A DNA stretch of 64,000 bases from positions 96,001 through 160,000 of the forward strand of contig OZ244070.1 in the NCBI GenBank assembly GCA_965215605.1, read 5' to 3'. Below the pieces are notes generated by a model. The model made no database searches. It was not told the DNA's origin and saw nothing but the letters and a program-made list of their open reading frames with translations. Every line of letters starts with the position of its first letter. Position 1 is the first letter of the stretch. Made by a program: the position numbers and the translations under genes. Positions 60,182-64,000 of the stretch are shown here, piece after piece. Source of the DNA: an uncultured Candidatus Binatia bacterium (GTDB lineage: Bacteria > Desulfobacterota > Binatia > UBA9968 > JAJDTQ01).

Positions 60182-60979
60182 TCACAGGACGCCTCCCTGG
60201 CGAGGCTGCTCGTCGGCTGACCGCATGAGGTTGCGGTGTTCGCGCATCCTGTAGCTGTTGCCGCGGATGTTGACGATGTGGCAGTGGTGGAGGAGCCGGT
60301 CGATGAGGGCAGCAGCCATGACCTCGTCGCCGAGGACGCTGCCCCAGTCCTCGAAGCCCTTGTTGGAGGTGAGCACGGTGGAGGCGCGTTCGTGCCTGGC
60401 GTTGATGAGCTGGAAGAAGAGCACGGCGCCGTCCTGGGTAACCGGCAGGTAGCCGATCTCGTCCACCAAGAGCAAGGCGGGATAGGTGAGGACCCGCAGC
60501 CGGCGGGAGAGCTCGCCTGCGGCCTTGGCCTCCAGCAGCGACTCGATCAGTCCGGCCAGGGTTCCGTAGTAGACGCGGCGGCCGGATTCGGCGGCGGCGA
60601 CGGCTAGGCTGATAGCCAGATGAGTCTTGCCGACCCCGGGCGGCCCGAGAAAAATGACGTTTTCGCGGCGATCCAGGAAGCCGAGTTCGTGGAGGCTCTC
60701 GATCTGCTCGCGCTTGATGCTGGGCTGGAAGGCGAAGTCGAACTGGGCCAGGGTCTTCACGGCCGGCAGCCGCGACGAGCGCATGGCGGTCTGGAGGCGG
60801 CGGTTGTTGCGCAACCCGATCTGGGCGTCCAACAACTGCTCGATAGCCTCGCTGGCGGTGGCCGCCCCGCTGTCGGCCTGGGCCAGGACGTCGTCGACGG
60901 CCTCGAGCGCGCCCGGCATCTTCAGATCCGCCAGCATCGCCCGCAGCCGGTCGCGCCGGTTGCCTGCCTCGGCCCTCAT
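60182..60979 (-). CDS. istB: IS21 helper ATPase
   Basis: FDFAFQP, GPPGVGKTHLA, VDEIGY, LTSN, DRLLHH, GNSYR; ATGA overlap with istA. Confidence 0.96.
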   Translation of the reverse strand: MRAEAGNRRDRLRAMLADLKMPGALEAVDDVLAQADSGAATASEAIEQLLDAQIGLRNNRRLQTAMRSSRLPAVKTLAQFDFAFQPSIKREQIESLHELGFLDRRENVIFLGPPGVGKTHLAISLAVAAAESGRRVYYGTLAGLIESLLEAKAAGELSRRLRVLTYPALLLVDEIGYLPVTQDGAVLFFQLINARHERASTVLTSNKGFEDWGSVLGDEVMAAALIDRLLHHCHIVNIRGNSYRMREHRNLMRSADEQPRQGGVL

Positions 60980-61998
60980 GACACCGCCTCCGCGTAGACC
61001 CTGAGCGAGCGCCGCTCGACGTCTACGGTGACGGGCAGGGGGCGCCGGGCTTGCTGTGGAAGCCTGTGCATACCAAGGCGCCGATACGGGCAACTCGCCA
61101 ACGGCAGCAGCGCCTGCTGCTCGTCGCGCTCGAAGCGGTCCACCGGGCGCTCCCTGGTGGTGCCGTGCCAGCGCCGGTTCGCGGTTCCCTCAAGCCACAA
61201 GCGCGCCTGCTCGTTCAGGTCCTCGTCGTTCAGGAACTCCCGGCCGTAGAAGAAGTTGTTGCGGATGTAGCGGATCGGCCGCTCCACCTTGCCCTTGGTT
61301 TGGGCTCGGTACGGCCGGCATGCCCGAGGCCGGAACCCCCAGTGCGCGGCGAACCGCAAGAAGTCCGCGTTCAACACCAACTCGCCCCCGCCCGCGCGGC
61401 CGTCCGACAGCACCACCGTCCGCATCTGGTCGAACAAGAGCTCCTGCGGCACCCCGCCGAAGCACTCGAAGGCGCTCTCCAGCCCTTCGATCAGCACTGC
61501 CATCGTCTGCCGCCGGTAAAACCGCAGCCACAACAGCCGGGAGTGGCTCAGAACCATCACCAAAGCATGCCGCCGCCCCCAGGGAAGCGTGAACGTCGCA
61601 AAGTCCACCTGCCCCTGCCGTCCCGCCGGCGTCTCGAACCGCACCACCGCCTCCGCCGGCTCCCTTGGCCGCACCGCCCGAACGTACTCCCTCACACGGA
61701 CGTACCCGCCCGTGTAGCCTGCCCCTCGTACCTCGTCGTACAGCCGCTTCGCCGACAACCGCGGATACTCCTCCAGTCGCGCCTCGATGATCCCCTTGTA
61801 CGGATCCAGCTTGTGACACACCGGCGGCCTCGCCCTGTATCGCGTCCCGCCTCCCGACAGATCCCGGTCCAACTGTCCTGTCTCGATCCACTCGTGGATC
61901 GTCCGGCGACTCACCCCGAACCGCCGCGACAGCTCCGTCTTCGTTACACCCCGTTCCAGATAGTGCCTAAGCAGCATCCTCGTCTCCCATCCGTGCAT
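60976..61998 (-). CDS. istA: IS21 transposase
   Basis: N-terminal HTH, RFETPAGRQGQVDF, FGGVP, FDQM, PYRAQTKGKVER. Confidence 0.96.
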   Translation of the reverse strand: MHGWETRMLLRHYLERGVTKTELSRRFGVSRRTIHEWIETGQLDRDLSGGGTRYRARPPVCHKLDPYKGIIEARLEEYPRLSAKRLYDEVRGAGYTGGYVRVREYVRAVRPREPAEAVVRFETPAGRQGQVDFATFTLPWGRRHALVMVLSHSRLLWLRFYRRQTMAVLIEGLESAFECFGGVPQELLFDQMRTVVLSDGRAGGGELVLNADFLRFAAHWGFRPRACRPYRAQTKGKVERPIRYIRNNFFYGREFLNDEDLNEQARLWLEGTANRRWHGTTRERPVDRFERDEQQALLPLASCPYRRLGMHRLPQQARRPLPVTVDVERRSLRVYAEAVS

Positions 61999-62125
61999 CT
62001 GTGCTCCGCTCCGTTCCTGTTGGTCTTGCCAACAGCCTGGACCCGAGCACTCACGCCAGCAATCAATGTGTGCAGTTTTCGATTGCCATAAATGGGAAAT
62101 TTACAGTTGCCACCAACATCCAAGT

Positions 62126-62306
62126 CAACGGACGTACCTATTTGGTGGGCTTCTACGTACCGTACGTGTTGAAGCGAGGGCCGATTCACGAATGGATTGA
62201 AGCGGAAACCGGACTAGTATTCCGTGTCGGAGACTCCTACTACGTCTGTTGCCGAGTGACGCGGGAACGGCCCGCGCCGGTTCTTCCGCTTCCCAACCCG
62301 TCCTAG
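62126..62306 (+). pseudogene. 3' continuation of the IS-interrupted ORF (non-ankyrin C-terminal segment)
   Basis: Removing IS + one DR restores the frame ...DDSVIQ-V-NGRTYLVGFY...PNPS*. Confidence 0.8.
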
Positions 62307-62314
62307 ACGCGCCG

Positions 62315-62581
62315 ACGGTGGAGGTCTTGCTCGCTGCTGGCGCGGACGTGAACGCCAAAAACAATGCTGGGGCGACTCCCCTTCACTGGGCGGCACTCAA
62401 GGGCGAAGCCGGAACGGTGAAGGTCTTGCTCGCTGCTGGCGCGACGGTCAACGAGAGAACCGGAGATAGAATAACTCCTCTGGAAGCAGCCCGAGTCGGG
62501 ATGGAAAAGACAGAGGGAAACGTCAAACATTTTCAGGAGGTGGTGCGGACACTGGAAGCACACGGGGCACGCGAAGGATGA
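62315..62581 (+). pseudogene. Orphaned original 3' end of ankyrin gene (repeat 10 + capping repeat)
   Basis: TVEVLLAAGADVNAKNNAGATPLHWAALKGEAG...VVRTLEAHGAREG*; resumes in the exact repeat register lost at 59898. Confidence 0.85.
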
Positions 62582-62871
62582 GGCCGATGAATGGACAGGG
62601 AACGCTCGTGGAAGCGAGCGGCGGACTCCTCCCGCATCCTTGCGGAGCCTGTCCGTGCCACGATGCTCTCGTCTCCCGGGATAGAGGAGGTCATCAAGCC
62701 CGCAAGGGCTTGCCAGGAACGGCTAACCCAGCCGAATTGAGGGAATGTGCAACCATAACCGATCAATCATCTGCGGCTCAGAAGGATGCTTCTATTCCGG
62801 GCTGTTTCCCATTTCTCCTCCCTTGGTTTGCTGGTTTTCGACAGGCAGCGGCGAAATGATTCAGGCAAACG

Positions 62872-64000
62872 CTATACCCTTTTGGCATCAGGAACACGGG
62901 GTCGGGGCACGGTGGCGGGTTTGAGGGAAGGAATCGGGCACATTGCCCCGAGGTGCGTAGAAGGCGACGTCTGGTCGAGGCCGATGGAGCCGGCAATGAG
63001 TCTCCCCACCCTCTCTGCCGCCTCGGCCATATGGCGGTCGGCGAGATGGGCGTAGCCCGCGGTGGTGCGGTGCCGCCGGTGCCCGAGCAACCTGCCGACC
63101 AGGGGAAGATTCTCGCCGGACATCACGGCTTGGCTGGCGATGGTGTGCCGAAGGTCATGAAGGCGAAGCCTTCCGAGCTTCGCGGCCGCGCACGCCGCGC
63201 GCGGACGGTCCCGCAAGGGATGATAGCCCTTCCCGTGCGCGTAGGTCGGAAACAGCAGCCCATCCGGATCGCGAAGACCCCGCAGCGTCTCGATATGCGC
63301 CCGCGCGGACCGGTCTTGGAGTCGCCAAGGTTGAGCGCGTCCCGGCCGACATCGCGCCAGGGCAGATTGAGCACCTCGCTTCGGCGGCATCCGGTGAGCG
63401 CCAGCAGCCGGATCGCGGCGACGGCGACGGCCTCGGGCCATCGGGGCTCGCCGGCGTCGAGCGCGCGACCGAGGCGCGCCAGTTCGTCCGCGTCGAGAAA
63501 CCGGGCGATGTTGTTCCGCGGGTTCTTCCTGATGCCGACACAAGGGTTGCTGTCGCGTTGGCGCAAACCCCACTCTTCGGCGCGGAACATCATCGAGCGC
63601 AGTATCTCGAAGGCGCGGTTGGCCGCACCGGGCCGGTCCTTGCTGGCTGCGTCGAACCACGCGGCCACATCCTCGGGACCGATGCGGTCGAGCGGTATCC
63701 TGCCGAAGGCAGGTAGGATGCGGGACTTGATATAGTTGCGCACGGTCTTGCGTCCTGAGGGCTTCCAGTGCGGACCGCAGCGACGCAGGTACTCGTCCGA
63801 GAACTGCGCAAGGTCAAGGTCTCTTTCTCCCTGCGGTTGTCGCCCGCGCGAATGCGCCCAAGCATGTCACGGGTGCGACGGCAGGCCTCGGCGATCTCGA
63901 TCTCGGCATGCCGAGCGATGACGATGCGGCGGCTCCGTCCCTCGATGCGCGCCTGCACGATCCAGACCTTCCGGCCTGATGGATGGATGCGAAGCCCGGA
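62872..64000 (-). pseudogene. Frameshifted tyrosine recombinase/integrase (arm-binding type); 5' end outside window
   Basis: GLRIHPSGRKVW, LLALTGCRRSE, LHDLRHT, LLGH..TTAGYAH spread over at least three frames. Confidence 0.88.

Larger units (their letters stand above)
60000..62118 (-). mobile_element. Complete IS21-family insertion sequence (2119 bp) with 7-bp target duplication TCCAAGT
   Basis: TG...CA ends, internal repeats GGCAATCGAAAACTGCACAC at both ends, DR at 59993-59999 and 62119-62125, istA/istB. Confidence 0.96.

Noticed and set aside
60980-61093. Longer istB start / programmed frameshift fusion
   Set aside because: ATGA overlap at 60976-60979 gives a normal coupled istB start; no slippery A-run seen
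59002-62581. Bona fide diversity-generating retroelement
   Set aside because: No reverse transcriptase or template repeat in the window, and some differences are not adenine-explainable; kept only as a testable alternative

Overview
High-GC bacterial chromosome segment. The gene content (RpoH-box sigma factor, Mla system, YfhL ferredoxin, class II RNR, many TRAP/LLM/amidohydrolase/Mo-hydroxylase genes, near-identical ankyrin repeats) suggests a Gram-negative deltaproteobacterium-like organism, possibly host/sponge associated; this is inference only. About 1-58 kb is densely coding: catabolic enzymes and transporters mixed with housekeeping genes (trmI, tRNA-Ser(GGA), dtd, trmL, rpoH, pgpA, nrdJ with NrdR boxes, mlaEFD, rlmD, lgt, mltA). 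From about 58.5 kb the window is an accessory region. It holds an ankyrin gene made of mosaic 99-bp repeats whose original 3' end is displaced by a 296-bp foreign in-frame segment, that segment is itself split by a complete IS21 element with a 7-bp target duplication, and a decayed tyrosine integrase follows. The most notable observations are: (1) the diversifying ankyrin array with a swapped C-terminus; (2) a TlpA thioredoxin-Lgt fusion next to a CtaG-like gene; (3) a YfhL ferredoxin fused to a zinc-ribbon/coiled-coil domain; (4) several catabolic enzymes with non-canonical active sites; (5) a stand-alone archaeal-type ThrRS editing domain; (6) two probable non-ATG start codons. All family calls come from motif recognition by eye; no searches were run.
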